The notes under the pieces: generated by a model
Database searches by the model: none
Seen by the model: the letters and a program-made list of their open reading frames with translations, nothing else
Told to the model about the DNA's origin: nothing
Translations under genes and position numbers: made by a program
NCBI GenBank assembly: GCA_035529055.1
Contig: DATKXL010000133.1
Location: 3,870 to 67,869, forward strand
Reading direction: 5' to 3'
Source of the DNA: Bacteroidales bacterium
GTDB taxonomy: Bacteria > Bacteroidota > Bacteroidia > Bacteroidales > VadinHA17
Length of the DNA stretch: 64,000 bases
Shown: positions 20,809 to 30,510 of the stretch, piece by piece
How positions within the stretch are numbered: position 1 is the stretch's first letter
Layout of the letters: each line of letters starts with the position of its first letter

Positions 20809-23800
20809 TTATATGTTTGCTCCGGCGCCCTGTGCTCCCATCAGCTGACTGCCATGGCACTGTTTATATTTCTTACCGCTTCCACAGGGGCACGGGTCAT
20901 TTCTCCCAACTTTTTTGTCAACCCTTACCGGTTCTGCTTTTTGATTTTTTTCAGGGCTGCCCCCTCCGGTAGAGCTATATTGCGAAAAGTCGCTTTTTGA
21001 GGTCCTGTATTTACTCATATCGACCTGGCGTCTCCTCTGTGCCTCCCTGACCTGATCAGGATCCTGAGTTGGTATATGACCTTTCATCAGGGTACTGACA
21101 ACATCCTTATTCACTTTGGCCAGCATGGTCTTAAAGAGCTCAAACGATTCAAATTTGTATATCAGCAAAGGATCCTTCTGCTCATAAGTAGCATTCTGGA
21201 CCGATTGTTTCAGTTCATCCATTTCTCTCAGGTGCTCTTTCCATGCATCATCGATGGTTGCAAGAACGACGGTCTTCTCATACGCTTTGGCAAGCTCCTT
21301 ACCTTCCGATTCTGCAGTGGCTTTAAGGTTCGTTACGACCTGAAACACTCTTAATCCGTCTGAGATCGGTACAACTACATTTTCGTAGGTATGTGACATC
21401 CTTTCATAAACATCCTTCAGTACCGGATAAGCCTGCTGTGAAATTGCCTCCACTTTTCTTTTATATGTTTCAATGACTTTGGCATAGACCTGATTTACAA
21501 CCTGATCAGAATTTATCTTTACGAAATCCATTGCCGGTACCGGGGAATCCATTGAAAATGAACGGATAAGATCAAAATCGAAGTTTTCGAAATCACCCTC
21601 TTTATGGTATGTATCCACAGTGTTTTCGATAACATCGTACATCATATTGGCTATATCAACAGATAATCTTTCACCGAGCAGGGCATGCCTTCTTTTCCTG
21701 TAAATAACCTCCCTCTGGGAATTCATCACATCATCATACTCCAGAAGCCTTTTCCTGATCCCAAAGTTATTTTCTTCGACTTTTTTCTGCGCACGTTCGA
21801 TAGATTTGGAGATCATCGGATGCTGGATCATTTCTCCGTCTTTAAGGCCCAGCTTATCCATAATACCCGCAATTCTTTCTGATCCAAACAATCTCATGAG
21901 CTCATCTTCGAGGGATACAAAAAATTGTGAAGATCCCGGATCACCCTGGCGTCCTGAACGTCCGCGAAGCTGTCGGTCCACCCGTCTTGATTCATGTCTT
22001 TCAGTTCCGATTATTGCCAGGCCACCTGCTCTTCGGACCTCTTCGGCAAGCTTAATATCCGTCCCCCTACCGGCCATATTGGTTGCAATAGTAATTGTTC
22101 CCGGTTTTCCTGCTTCCGCAACAATTTCTGCCTCTCTCTGATGGAGCTTAGCGTTAAGAACATTATGCTTCAGCCCTTTCATCTTAAGCATCCTGCTCAG
22201 CAATTCGGATATTTCAACTGAAGTGGTCCCAACAAGTACGGGGCGACCCTGCTGGTACATCTCCCCTATCTCATCAATAACAGCATTATATTTTTCCCTC
22301 TTGGTTTTGTAAACCAGATCTTCGCGATCAAACCTGATCACCGGCCGGTTGGTTGGAATGACAACCACATCAAGTTTGTAAATATTCCAGAACTCTCCTG
22401 CTTCAGTCTCAGCGGTTCCTGTCATCCCTGCCAGTTTGTGGTACATTCTGAAGTAGTTCTGAAGAGTTATTGTTGCATATGTCTGAGTAGCCTCTTCAAC
22501 TTTAACATTTTCTTTTGCCTCAATAGCCTGATGAAGTCCGTCTGAATAACGGCGACCTTCAAGAATTCTGCCGGTTTGCTCATCAACTATCTTAACCTTA
22601 TTATCCATTACCACATACTCAATGTCCTTGTCAAACAGGGTCCATGCCTTCAGCAGTTGAGTCATTGTGTGAACCCGTTCCGATTTAACCGAGTAATCCT
22701 GCAGGAGTTCATCCTTCATTTTTATCTTTTCCCTGTCGGTAAGGTTCGTTTTCTCCAGATCGGCTATTTTGGAGCCAACATCAGGAAGAATAAAGAAGCT
22801 TGCATCCTCAACAGAGGTAGATATCAGATCGAGCCCTTTTTCAGTAAGCTCGATAGAGTTTGCCTTTTCTTCGATAACAAAAAAAAGCTCCTCTGTTACT
22901 TTGGGCATCTCCTTGCTGTTGTTCTGCATGTAGAAGTTTTCAGTCTTAAGGAGAAGTGATTTATTTCCCTCCTCGCTTAGAAACTTGATAAGTGCATGAT
23001 TCTTTGGCAGTCCCTTGAATGCCCTCAACAAAAGCAGACCCCCCCCTTCATTTTTCCCTTCCGAAATAAGTCTTTTTGAATCTGCAAGTATTTGTGTGAC
23101 AAGCTTTTTCTGGGCACTTACCAGCTTGTCAACTTTAGGTTTCAACTCATCAAACTGCTGTGTATCGCTTCTGGCGGTAGGACCGGATATGATCAGAGGG
23201 GTCCGGGCATCGTCAATGAGCACCGAGTCAACCTCGTCAACTATAGCATAGTGATGCTTGCGTTGTACAAGGTCTTCAGGATTAATTGCCATATTATCCC
23301 TGAGATAGTCAAAGCCGAACTCATTATTAGTACCGAAAGTGATATCGGCATTATATGCTTTACGACGGTCGGCAGAATTAGGCTGATGTTTATCGATACA
23401 ATCAACCGTAAGACCGTGAAACTCATAAATAGGGCCCATCCACTCAGAGTCGCGTTTGGAGAGATAATCGTTAACAGTAACAATGTGAACACCCCTGCCC
23501 GCCATGGCGTTCAGGAACACCGGCAGAGTTGCCACAACAGTTTTTCCCTCTCCGGTACCCATCTCGGCTATTTTCCCTTTATGCAGAACGACACCTCCGA
23601 TAAGCTGGACATCATAGTGAACCATATCCCAGAGTATCTCATTACCGCCTGCCACCCATTTGTTACTCCAGTATGCGTTATTGCCTTTAATTGTAATGCT
23701 CTCCCTGATGGCAGCAAGATCCCTGTCATACTGACGAGCTGTAACCTCAAGAACACTGTTTTCCTTAAAACGCCTTGCAGTCTCTTTTACGATCGCGAAT

Positions 23801-24135
23801 GCCCTCGGGACAGACTCATCAAGAACTTTCTCAAATTTCTCATTGATGAGTTTTTCTATTCTGTCTATTTCGTTGTACAATTTTTCTTTCTCGTCAACAT
23901 CTTCCTCCTTCTCAGCTCTTTCCTTCAGCGATATTATTTCAACTTCATCAGATTCTATATAACCAAGTATCTCTTTCCTCAGCTCAGCTGAAAGGTCTCT
24001 CAGCTGGTCATTTGAAACATTTTTTAATTTTTCATATTCCTGGTGTATCTTTTCCACATAAGGATTTACCTCCTTCATATCCTTCTCATACTTGTTCCCC
24101 AGGAAGAGTCCCAATACCTGATTTATAATGCTCAT
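20809..24135 (-). CDS. secA: Preprotein translocase ATPase subunit
   Basis: 1108 aa with [14 protein letters not shown] (Walker A), [18 protein letters not shown], and the C-terminal zinc motif [14 protein letters not shown]. Confidence 0.95.
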   Translation of the reverse strand: MSIINQVLGLFLGNKYEKDMKEVNPYVEKIHQEYEKLKNVSNDQLRDLSAELRKEILGYIESDEVEIISLKERAEKEEDVDEKEKLYNEIDRIEKLINEKFEKVLDESVPRAFAIVKETARRFKENSVLEVTARQYDRDLAAIRESITIKGNNAYWSNKWVAGGNEILWDMVHYDVQLIGGVVLHKGKIAEMGTGEGKTVVATLPVFLNAMAGRGVHIVTVNDYLSKRDSEWMGPIYEFHGLTVDCIDKHQPNSADRRKAYNADITFGTNNEFGFDYLRDNMAINPEDLVQRKHHYAIVDEVDSVLIDDARTPLIISGPTARSDTQQFDELKPKVDKLVSAQKKLVTQILADSKRLISEGKNEGGGLLLLRAFKGLPKNHALIKFLSEEGNKSLLLKTENFYMQNNSKEMPKVTEELFFVIEEKANSIELTEKGLDLISTSVEDASFFILPDVGSKIADLEKTNLTDREKIKMKDELLQDYSVKSERVHTMTQLLKAWTLFDKDIEYVVMDNKVKIVDEQTGRILEGRRYSDGLHQAIEAKENVKVEEATQTYATITLQNYFRMYHKLAGMTGTAETEAGEFWNIYKLDVVVIPTNRPVIRFDREDLVYKTKREKYNAVIDEIGEMYQQGRPVLVGTTSVEISELLSRMLKMKGLKHNVLNAKLHQREAEIVAEAGKPGTITIATNMAGRGTDIKLAEEVRRAGGLAIIGTERHESRRVDRQLRGRSGRQGDPGSSQFFVSLEDELMRLFGSERIAGIMDKLGLKDGEMIQHPMISKSIERAQKKVEENNFGIRKRLLEYDDVMNSQREVIYRKRRHALLGERLSVDIANMMYDVIENTVDTYHKEGDFENFDFDLIRSFSMDSPVPAMDFVKINSDQVVNQVYAKVIETYKRKVEAISQQAYPVLKDVYERMSHTYENVVVPISDGLRVFQVVTNLKATAESEGKELAKAYEKTVVLATIDDAWKEHLREMDELKQSVQNATYEQKDPLLIYKFESFELFKTMLAKVNKDVVSTLMKGHIPTQDPDQVREAQRRRQVDMSKYRTSKSDFSQYSSTGGGSPEKNQKAEPVRVDKKVGRNDPCPCGSGKKYKQCHGSQLMGAQGAGANI

Positions 24136-24170
24136 TTGTATACTGTTTTAACAGAATTCAAAATTTCACG

Positions 24171-24178
24171 CAAAATTA
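24171..24178 (-). promoter_or_regulatory. -7 box (TAatTTTG) for secA
   Basis: The reverse complement of caaaatta, about 36 nt upstream of ATG 24135. Confidence 0.45.
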
Positions 24179-24241
24179 GCTTATTTTTCAAATAAAGAGG
24201 TTATAAAGTTCTTCTGAACTTAAGCCCGGATATTCGAACCA

Positions 24242-26707
24242 CTATTTAATCAGGCTGTATTTGATAGTTGTTATTTCACCTCCCTGATCTATAACAATGA
24301 TGTAAAGGCCTGATGAATAACCGGAAATATCGATTTGAGTAATCGGGTCAATCACAAGATTATTTTTAATCAGACAGAGTCCGACAGAATTATATACGGT
24401 GAAGCGAAGAGGTTGCCAGTCTCCGGTGGATTCTCTTTCAAGGGTAATCAAACCATTTCCGGGATTGGGATATATTTTGACAGGAACCGTTGCGATTTTC
24501 TCAACAGGGTCAGCAAGAGGATTGATCTGAAGGTCATCGATCACCCATCCCCACCCGTTTGCATAGGGATCGGAGAACAATCTGAACCTGACCAGCAAGG
24601 AATCGCCCGAAGAGATTTTGTCGGATACCCGCGGATAAATAACACGTTGCACAAGCATCGACTCTTTCCCCACGTATGTGGAATTTTGTCCGTCAATTGA
24701 GCTGTTATATGCTGTTTCCCACGAAGGAATGATCCTGCTGTCGTAACCACCAGCCAGACTGAACCAGGTCGTACCAAAATCTTTGGACCCCTCAACGACC
24801 ACATAATCATAAAAATCGGTCGAGCCGAACCGAGAGCCCTCCTCACCGGGTTCCACCAGCACCAGTTCCCTGAACGTTAGTACCATACCTGTAGGATCAA
24901 AAACTACCGGGTGACGCAAAACAGCGAAGAAATTAAAAGTTTTATCATCTTCATCAGGACTCTTATACGGATGTTCTGTATGTAAGGCAAGGCTGGAGAA
25001 ATATAAAGGTTTAGCTATTTTAAAACCTGAAAAATAAAAGTCATCCGGGTCATTGGTAAAATCAGTGGAATAGTCTGTCACTACTGAATTAGTTGTCTCA
25101 ATATTAATGGTATAATACCCGGTTTCCGGCATAATGCGGATATTTGGAACTGCAGCTTTATCAATTGCAACAATCCTGTATTGAATTGAATCACCACCTG
25201 TCAATGCTTCCGGCTTTGTATAAAGTAATTTGCTGTATAAATCCTCAGCACCATCAGTTAATCCTATGAATTTACTTGCTCCCTGGTTCACCCGGTACTC
25301 AACATAAACAGTATCAATACCCAGATTGTCAGTGACAGTTGCTTCAAGTTTTATTGAATTTACTTTCTCAAAATAGAATTCTTCCGGTGAATGTATAATT
25401 ACAGGTTTTACAGTGTCGGTGCCAATATAGATGCTGAATGGCCGTTTATCGGCCAGCGAAGGGGACCTGTAAAGACGGTTAAAGTGGTCTTCGGCGAACA
25501 TATAGTAGTCGAGCTTTATATCATATGAAGGTATTGAGATTGTCTGTTTATAAGAATCATCTGTTGATTGTGGGATCATATAAAGGGTATCAGCCGTAAG
25601 AAAGTTGTTAAGAGAATAAACCAGTCCAATCCTGTTGCGATTATATAAGGTATCTGATTTGATTCCGGCCAATAATTCTATTTCAGACAGATACTCCTCA
25701 GTATCAGCGGGCTCATTGTGAATGATCCTGGTGTTTATCCATCCCAGCTCGCCAAGGATCGAGAAAGTAAGCTGACCAGGGTCATGTATAGCTTCGCCAA
25801 GATCGATAAACGGTGTCATAAGTGTGTGTGGCGGCAGAGTTCTTACCTCGTCGAGATGGGAAATGCTGGAACCGGCATCCCACGTTGAGGGAGCATAAAT
25901 TCTGGCTCGTGTTCCGTTCAGATACTTGTTTACCAGCGGGCCGTCGAAATAGAGCTGACCTCCGGTGAACTCTTTAAGAAGGGCAGCGGTGTAATTTGTA
26001 AAAATAAGGGTATCCGTAAGTCTTTTTTCGGTCAGATTCTCAATGAATGTATCATAGATAACCGGTATGGTACCAACGCCATAAAATCCTACAGTACCAT
26101 TGTCATCTGTGTCCATACTGTCAAAAAAGCCCAGGCCATGACAGATTTCATGCAAAACAACTGTAACCAGGTCATATCTCTGAGTCGGTGTATTTCCGTC
26201 AGTTCCCAGGTACCAGCTTACTGAACTGTTCAATATTAATTCAATATCGCCTTCCATATCTTCATTAAGACTTTTTCCGGCTATCTTTTCAGCAAGCGCA
26301 ACCGGGTAGAAAGCAAAAGGCTTCTCTGCATTAATTCCCCATCCGGCAGCAAAACCAGTGATTCTTGAATTACCGAGTACACCACTGGTTGAAATTTTTT
26401 TCCATGATGCATTAATCGTAAGCTTTGTATCAGGAGGAAGTATTGATTTCAGGATTGAGATGGCATAATCCATTGCGGTCATTGCCTGATCAGAAAATCC
26501 TGAATAATAAACAGTAATAGATCCGCCTCCTTTTGAACCTTTACTGTCTCTGAACTCTTTGGGAGGCGGAATATATATTCTGTTTACTTTATTTCCGGCA
26601 TAGCAGACTCCGGTGATCTTTGAGTTTAAAAGAAGCTCCTGTGCCTGAATATGGTAAAACGGAATAATTAAAATAAAACCTGTAAATAATAAAACAAATT
26701 TTTTCAT
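24242..26707 (-). CDS. Secreted putative zinc metalloprotease with T9SS C-terminal sorting domain
   Basis: Signal peptide MKKFVLLFTGFILIIPFYHIQAQ and HExxH motif VVLHEICHGLGF. The C-terminus KIYPNPGNGLITLE...YIIVIDQGGEITTIKYSLIK resembles the type A Por/T9SS sorting domain. Confidence 0.7.
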   Translation of the reverse strand: MKKFVLLFTGFILIIPFYHIQAQELLLNSKITGVCYAGNKVNRIYIPPPKEFRDSKGSKGGGSITVYYSGFSDQAMTAMDYAISILKSILPPDTKLTINASWKKISTSGVLGNSRITGFAAGWGINAEKPFAFYPVALAEKIAGKSLNEDMEGDIELILNSSVSWYLGTDGNTPTQRYDLVTVVLHEICHGLGFFDSMDTDDNGTVGFYGVGTIPVIYDTFIENLTEKRLTDTLIFTNYTAALLKEFTGGQLYFDGPLVNKYLNGTRARIYAPSTWDAGSSISHLDEVRTLPPHTLMTPFIDLGEAIHDPGQLTFSILGELGWINTRIIHNEPADTEEYLSEIELLAGIKSDTLYNRNRIGLVYSLNNFLTADTLYMIPQSTDDSYKQTISIPSYDIKLDYYMFAEDHFNRLYRSPSLADKRPFSIYIGTDTVKPVIIHSPEEFYFEKVNSIKLEATVTDNLGIDTVYVEYRVNQGASKFIGLTDGAEDLYSKLLYTKPEALTGGDSIQYRIVAIDKAAVPNIRIMPETGYYTINIETTNSVVTDYSTDFTNDPDDFYFSGFKIAKPLYFSSLALHTEHPYKSPDEDDKTFNFFAVLRHPVVFDPTGMVLTFRELVLVEPGEEGSRFGSTDFYDYVVVEGSKDFGTTWFSLAGGYDSRIIPSWETAYNSSIDGQNSTYVGKESMLVQRVIYPRVSDKISSGDSLLVRFRLFSDPYANGWGWVIDDLQINPLADPVEKIATVPVKIYPNPGNGLITLERESTGDWQPLRFTVYNSVGLCLIKNNLVIDPITQIDISGYSSGLYIIVIDQGGEITTIKYSLIK

Positions 26708-27216
26708 GTATTGTCCGGTGCACCAGCCGCAGGCGATCTCAGACTCATGATGTCTCTGTCGAACTGATACATGTTGTTTTTTCCAATAAGTTTTATTTTA
26801 TCCAGAATAGTCCTTACCGATGCTTCCTCTTCAACCTGTTCAGTGACAAACCACTGTAAAAAGTTATGTGTGTTATAGTCTTTTTCGTCGAGAGTAAGAG
26901 AGACTATCTCATTTATACTGGTGGTAATGAACTCTTCATGCTTCAACACCTCTTTGAACATCTCTTCAACGCTCTTGTAATCGGTGCCCGGCTTCTTCAG
27001 TGCAGGGACAACTGCTATACCACCTCTTTCGTTCATGTATTTAATGAACTTCAACATATGTATTCTCTCTTCATCAGACTGAACATATAACCAGGAGGCC
27101 ACTCCTGCAAGGCCGCTGTTTTCAGCCCATGATGCCATTGCCAGATACAGGTTGGAAGAATATCCTTCTCTTTCTATCTGTCTGTTGCAGATATCTTCTA
27201 TTTTTTTCTTTAACAT
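26704..27216 (-). CDS. ftnA: Ferritin (non-heme)
   Basis: 170 aa with QIEREGYSSNLYLAMASW...EERIHMLKFIKYMNERGG (ferroxidase-centre pattern). The stop overlaps the downstream ATG (ATGA at 26707..26704). Confidence 0.85.
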   Translation of the reverse strand: MLKKKIEDICNRQIEREGYSSNLYLAMASWAENSGLAGVASWLYVQSDEERIHMLKFIKYMNERGGIAVVPALKKPGTDYKSVEEMFKEVLKHEEFITTSINEIVSLTLDEKDYNTHNFLQWFVTEQVEEEASVRTILDKIKLIGKNNMYQFDRDIMSLRSPAAGAPDNT

Positions 27217-27250
27217 AATTGTAAGTTTTTATGGTTTTAAAAATCAGGTT

Positions 27251-27436
27251 TCAATCTACGAATTTACTAATTTTTCTGCCAATAACAGACAGATAGACAT
27301 AAAAGACCGAACCTCTCTGCTGCTTACCTGAAACTATTATCTCTCCCCCTGTTTCCGTAACAATTCCATAAGTAACTGACAGACCCAGGCCTGTACCATT
27401 ACCAACATCTCTGGCAGATAGCGGGTCTGAGTACTT
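27251..27436 (-). pseudogene. Relic of a sensor histidine kinase (last ~61 codons of the HATPase_c domain only)
   Basis: Own translation directly after, and in frame with, the dnaX stop: KYSDPLSARDVGNGTGLGLSVTYGIVTETGGEIIVSGKQQRGSVFYVYLSVIGRKISKFVD*. It has the G2 box GxGLGLS and an xGGxIxVxS...F-Y-LP-like tail. There is no start codon and no upstream kinase domains. Confidence 0.55.
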
Positions 27437-29182
27437 TCAGGTAATATCCAGATTAAATGCTTTTTTAATATCTTTTAATGCAGGGTACTTTGAGACCAGG
27501 TAATTATATTTTTGCTCATCAGTATAGAGAATTTCATTGGTTTCGGAAAGATCAACGATGGATTCAATATCAAGATCATTTATAGTGAAGCGTGCTTCAA
27601 GGAAACTTATTAGTTTCTGTTTATAGTTCAGATTGAATAAATCTTTCTGGGCTGCATTGCTCAGATGGATTTTGATCAACTGATCATTTTCCACTTCCGG
27701 TTTTACTGATTTAAACATACTGATAATCCTGTTGCCGTCACCTTTAAGACTTTCAGTAAACTCCTGCCATGCAGCCTCGAAAGCATCAAGGCTGAATTCT
27801 TCCCTTGGTTTTCCCCGTGTGTTCGCAGCCGGCTCATCTACAGTTGATTCTGAATATTCCGGAGGTATCTTCCCGTCAGAAATAACTTCCTTTATCGAAA
27901 ATGATTTTGTCAGTTTTTCTGATTCAATATCATGCTTCCTGGAGGGTCGCATGGTTGTCAGGTTATGCTTCTCAACAATTTCATCAGCTTTTCTGATTAT
28001 TTCAGATTTAGATGGCAGAGGAAGGTCATCATCAGGGATCCCGGTTTTTTTCAGATCACTCTTTTTTTTTTCAGAGGTCTCTTCCTGCTGGTCTGACAAA
28101 CGGCACAGACGTATCAATGAGAGTTCGACATGCAAACGAGGATTCTTACTGGTTTTATAAGAGAGGTCACAGTTGCTTCCTATTTCAAGAGCTTTAAAGA
28201 GGAACTCCACCGGACTTAAAGCAGTCTGTTCAAGATATTTTTGTTTCACAGAGGGTGTTGTTTCAAGAAGCTTCAATGTCTCTTTATCTTTGCTGACCAG
28301 CAAATCGCGCATATGACTGTTAAGTCCCGAAATAAAATTGTGTCCGTCAAATCCATTTTCAAGTATTTCGTTAAAAGTAAGCAGGACAGATGAGACATCG
28401 CCTATCAAAGCGCTTTCAACAGTTTTGAAATAATATTCATAGTCGAGAACATTGAGGTTTTCAATGACTTCCTTATAGGTAATCTCTTTACTGCAAAGGC
28501 TGACGATCTGATCGAAGATTGAGAGAGCATCTCTAAGTGCCCCGTCGGCCTTCTGTGCTATGATATGAAGAGCCTCTTCCTCGGCGCTGACTCCTTCGTT
28601 CCTGGCCACATACATCAATCGGTCCACTATATCCTCAATTCTGATCCTGTTGAAATCGAATATCTGGCAGCGTGAGAGAATTGTCGGGATGATCTTGTGT
28701 TTCTCGGTTGTGGCAAGAATAAAAATAGCATGGGCAGGAGGTTCTTCAAGTGTCTTCAGAAAAGCATTAAAGGCAGAAGAAGAGAGCATATGCACCTCAT
28801 CTATTATATATATGCTGTACTTTCCTATCTGCGGCGGGATCCTTACCTGGTCGGTGAGGCTCCGGATATCATCTACCTTGTTATTGGAAGCAGCATCCAG
28901 CTCATGGATATTAAAGGATCTCAATGAATTGAACGACAGACATGATTCACATTCATCGCAAGCTTCAGAATTTTCCTTTAAATTGCTGCAGTTTATTGTT
29001 TTGGCAAAAATTCTTGCACATGTGGTTTTTCCCACCCCTCTTGGTCCACAAAACAGATAAGCCTGTGTAAGATATTTGTTCTTAATTGCACTTTTCAGCG
29101 TATTTGTAATCGAATCCTGACCAACGACCATGTCAAAGGTTGCAGGACGGTATTTCCTCGCTGAAACAATGAAGTTTTCCAT
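27437..29182 (-). CDS. dnaX: DNA polymerase III subunit gamma/tau
   Basis: 581 aa with RKYRPATFDMVVGQ, GPRGVGKTT (Walker A), Zn module CDECESC, IIDEVHMLS and SRCQIFDF. Confidence 0.93.
   Translation of the reverse strand: MENFIVSARKYRPATFDMVVGQDSITNTLKSAIKNKYLTQAYLFCGPRGVGKTTCARIFAKTINCSNLKENSEACDECESCLSFNSLRSFNIHELDAASNNKVDDIRSLTDQVRIPPQIGKYSIYIIDEVHMLSSSAFNAFLKTLEEPPAHAIFILATTEKHKIIPTILSRCQIFDFNRIRIEDIVDRLMYVARNEGVSAEEEALHIIAQKADGALRDALSIFDQIVSLCSKEITYKEVIENLNVLDYEYYFKTVESALIGDVSSVLLTFNEILENGFDGHNFISGLNSHMRDLLVSKDKETLKLLETTPSVKQKYLEQTALSPVEFLFKALEIGSNCDLSYKTSKNPRLHVELSLIRLCRLSDQQEETSEKKKSDLKKTGIPDDDLPLPSKSEIIRKADEIVEKHNLTTMRPSRKHDIESEKLTKSFSIKEVISDGKIPPEYSESTVDEPAANTRGKPREEFSLDAFEAAWQEFTESLKGDGNRIISMFKSVKPEVENDQLIKIHLSNAAQKDLFNLNYKQKLISFLEARFTINDLDIESIVDLSETNEILYTDEQKYNYLVSKYPALKDIKKAFNLDIT
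28051..28072 (-). other. Putative programmed frameshift / transcriptional slippage cassette within dnaX
   Basis: The minus strand reads GAA AAA AAA AAG AGT GAT CTG A: an A10 run containing A AAA AAG. The -1 frame gives GAG TGA and the +1 frame gives AGA GTG ATC TGA. Confidence 0.5.
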
Positions 29183-29220
29183 AAAAATTGACTACCCTTT
29201 CTTTCTCAAATGTTGAAGTA

Positions 29221-29228
29221 CAAATATA
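29221..29228 (-). promoter_or_regulatory. -7 box (TAtaTTTG) for dnaX
   Basis: The reverse complement of caaatata, about 39 nt upstream of ATG 29182. Confidence 0.45.
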
Positions 29229-29329
29229 GTTAAAAACTGTGGTGATAATATGCTCTGGCGAAATTCACGGTAAGGTTGAATTCAAATTTCAGGCACATAA
29301 CTTAAGCAAATAAATTTATATGAATTAAT

Positions 29330-29359
29330 TTTGCAAAAATTAAAAAAATTGTACCTTTG
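29330..29359 (+). promoter_or_regulatory. Full Bacteroidota promoter for rpsF-rpsR-rplI (-33 TTTG and -7 TAccTTTG)
   Basis: TTTG at 29330..29333 and tacctttg at 29352..29359, separated by an 18-nt spacer. ATG at 29398. Confidence 0.55.
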
Positions 29360-29397
29360 CGAGCCAAAATCATTTAACTAATTAATAATTGTTTACA

Positions 29398-29751
29398 ATG
29401 TTGAATCAGTATGAGACCGTTTTCATTGCAACTCCCGTTTTGTCTGAGAACCAGATGAAGGAAGCGGTACAAAAATTCAAGAAGATCATAACCGATAACA
29501 GCGGTGAGATCGTTCATGAAGAGAACTGGGGCCTGAAAAAACTGGCCTATCCTATTCAGAAGAAGTCAACCGGCTTCTATTACCTGATTGAATTCAAAAG
29601 CACAGGCGAGTTGATTGAGAAACTTGAGCTGCAATATCGCAGGGATGAAAGGATAATCAGGTTTTTAACCTTCAGTATGGAGAAGTTTGCCGTTGAATAT
29701 GCAGAGAAAAAGAGAAAACAAAAAGAATCAGGAAAAACGAAGGAGGAATAA
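29398..29751 (+). CDS. rpsF: 30S ribosomal protein S6
   Basis: [19 protein letters not shown]...[15 protein letters not shown] 29398 preferred over the ORF-track TTG 29389. Confidence 0.92.
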   Translation: MLNQYETVFIATPVLSENQMKEAVQKFKKIITDNSGEIVHEENWGLKKLAYPIQKKSTGFYYLIEFKSTGELIEKLELQYRRDERIIRFLTFSMEKFAVEYAEKKRKQKESGKTKEE

Positions 29752-29754
29752 GAT

Positions 29755-30024
29755 ATGGCACAGAACGAATCAGAAATCAGATATTTGACTCCGCCTGCCG
29801 TTGAGATCAAAAAGAAGAAATACTGCCGTTTTAAGAAAAACAGGATCCGTTATATTGATTATAAGGACCCGGAGTTTCTCAAGAAGTTCCTTAACGACCA
29901 GGGGAAGATACTGCCACGCAGAATAACGGGCACATCTCTTAAATATCAAAGGAAAGTGGCCAAAGCTGTCAAAAGAGCCCGTCACATCGCTCTTCTTCCT
30001 TACGTTGCTGATCTATTAAAATAA
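29755..30024 (+). CDS. rpsR: 30S ribosomal protein S18
   Basis: 89 aa with [50 protein letters not shown]. Confidence 0.93.
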   Translation: MAQNESEIRYLTPPAVEIKKKKYCRFKKNRIRYIDYKDPEFLKKFLNDQGKILPRRITGTSLKYQRKVAKAVKRARHIALLPYVADLLK

Positions 30025-30036
30025 GGAGGACTGAAT

Positions 30037-30483
30037 ATGGAGATTATCTTACTGCAGGATGTGAATAAGGTTGGACAAAAAGACGATATTGTAACTGTTA
30101 AAGAAGGTTACGGAAGTAATTATCTGATCCCGAAAGGATTTGCTGTTGCTGCATCATCGTCAGCAAAGAAAATGCATGCCGAAAATCTGAAACAGAGAGC
30201 TCACAAAGAAGAGAAGATCAAGGTTGCAGCGCAGGAAATAGCAGCAAAACTGGCTGATATCAGGCTTGTTGTCGGCGCCAAAACAAGTTCATCAGGAAAG
30301 ATCTTCGGATCGGTCAATACAATTCAGATAGCTGAATCACTTAAAGAAAAAGGATTTGAGATTGACCGTAAGAATATTACGCTTCCTGAAGACCAGATAA
30401 AAGAAGTGGGCAATTACAAGGCAATTATTAAGCTTCACCGTGAGGTTAAAGTGGAAGTGGGCTTTGAAATAGTTGCCGAGTAG
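30037..30483 (+). CDS. rplI: 50S ribosomal protein L9
   Basis: 148 aa starting MEIILLQDVNKVGQKDDIVTVKEGYGSNYLIPKGFAV. Confidence 0.93.
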   Translation: MEIILLQDVNKVGQKDDIVTVKEGYGSNYLIPKGFAVAASSSAKKMHAENLKQRAHKEEKIKVAAQEIAAKLADIRLVVGAKTSSSGKIFGSVNTIQIAESLKEKGFEIDRKNITLPEDQIKEVGNYKAIIKLHREVKVEVGFEIVAE

Positions 30484-30510
30484 AGTTTTACTTTACCGCA
30501 ATTGTTTCAA

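Noticed and set aside
21612-21619. Near-consensus DnaA box (gTATCCACAg)
   Set aside because: It is a single 8/9 match inside the secA coding region, 14 kb from dnaA, and is not clustered. It is most likely chance.
23092-23991. 299-aa plus-strand ORF, the longest unassigned ORF in the track
   Set aside because: It lies entirely antisense to the strongly supported secA gene. The translation is low-complexity (runs of F/L/I/N), has no recognisable motif and has no promoter box. It is a typical shadow ORF of an AT-rich gene.
27732-29060. Plus-strand ORFs of 142, 61, 136 and 76 aa
   Set aside because: All are antisense to dnaX, whose frame carries clear AAA+ clamp-loader motifs. They have no independent support.
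29183-29397. ncRNA (SRP RNA or an rpsF leader) in the dnaX/rpsF divergent spacer
   Set aside because: The spacer is explained by two divergent promoters. The predicted rpsF leader is only about 30 nt, and I could not recognise conserved SRP RNA or S6:S18 leader helices by eye.
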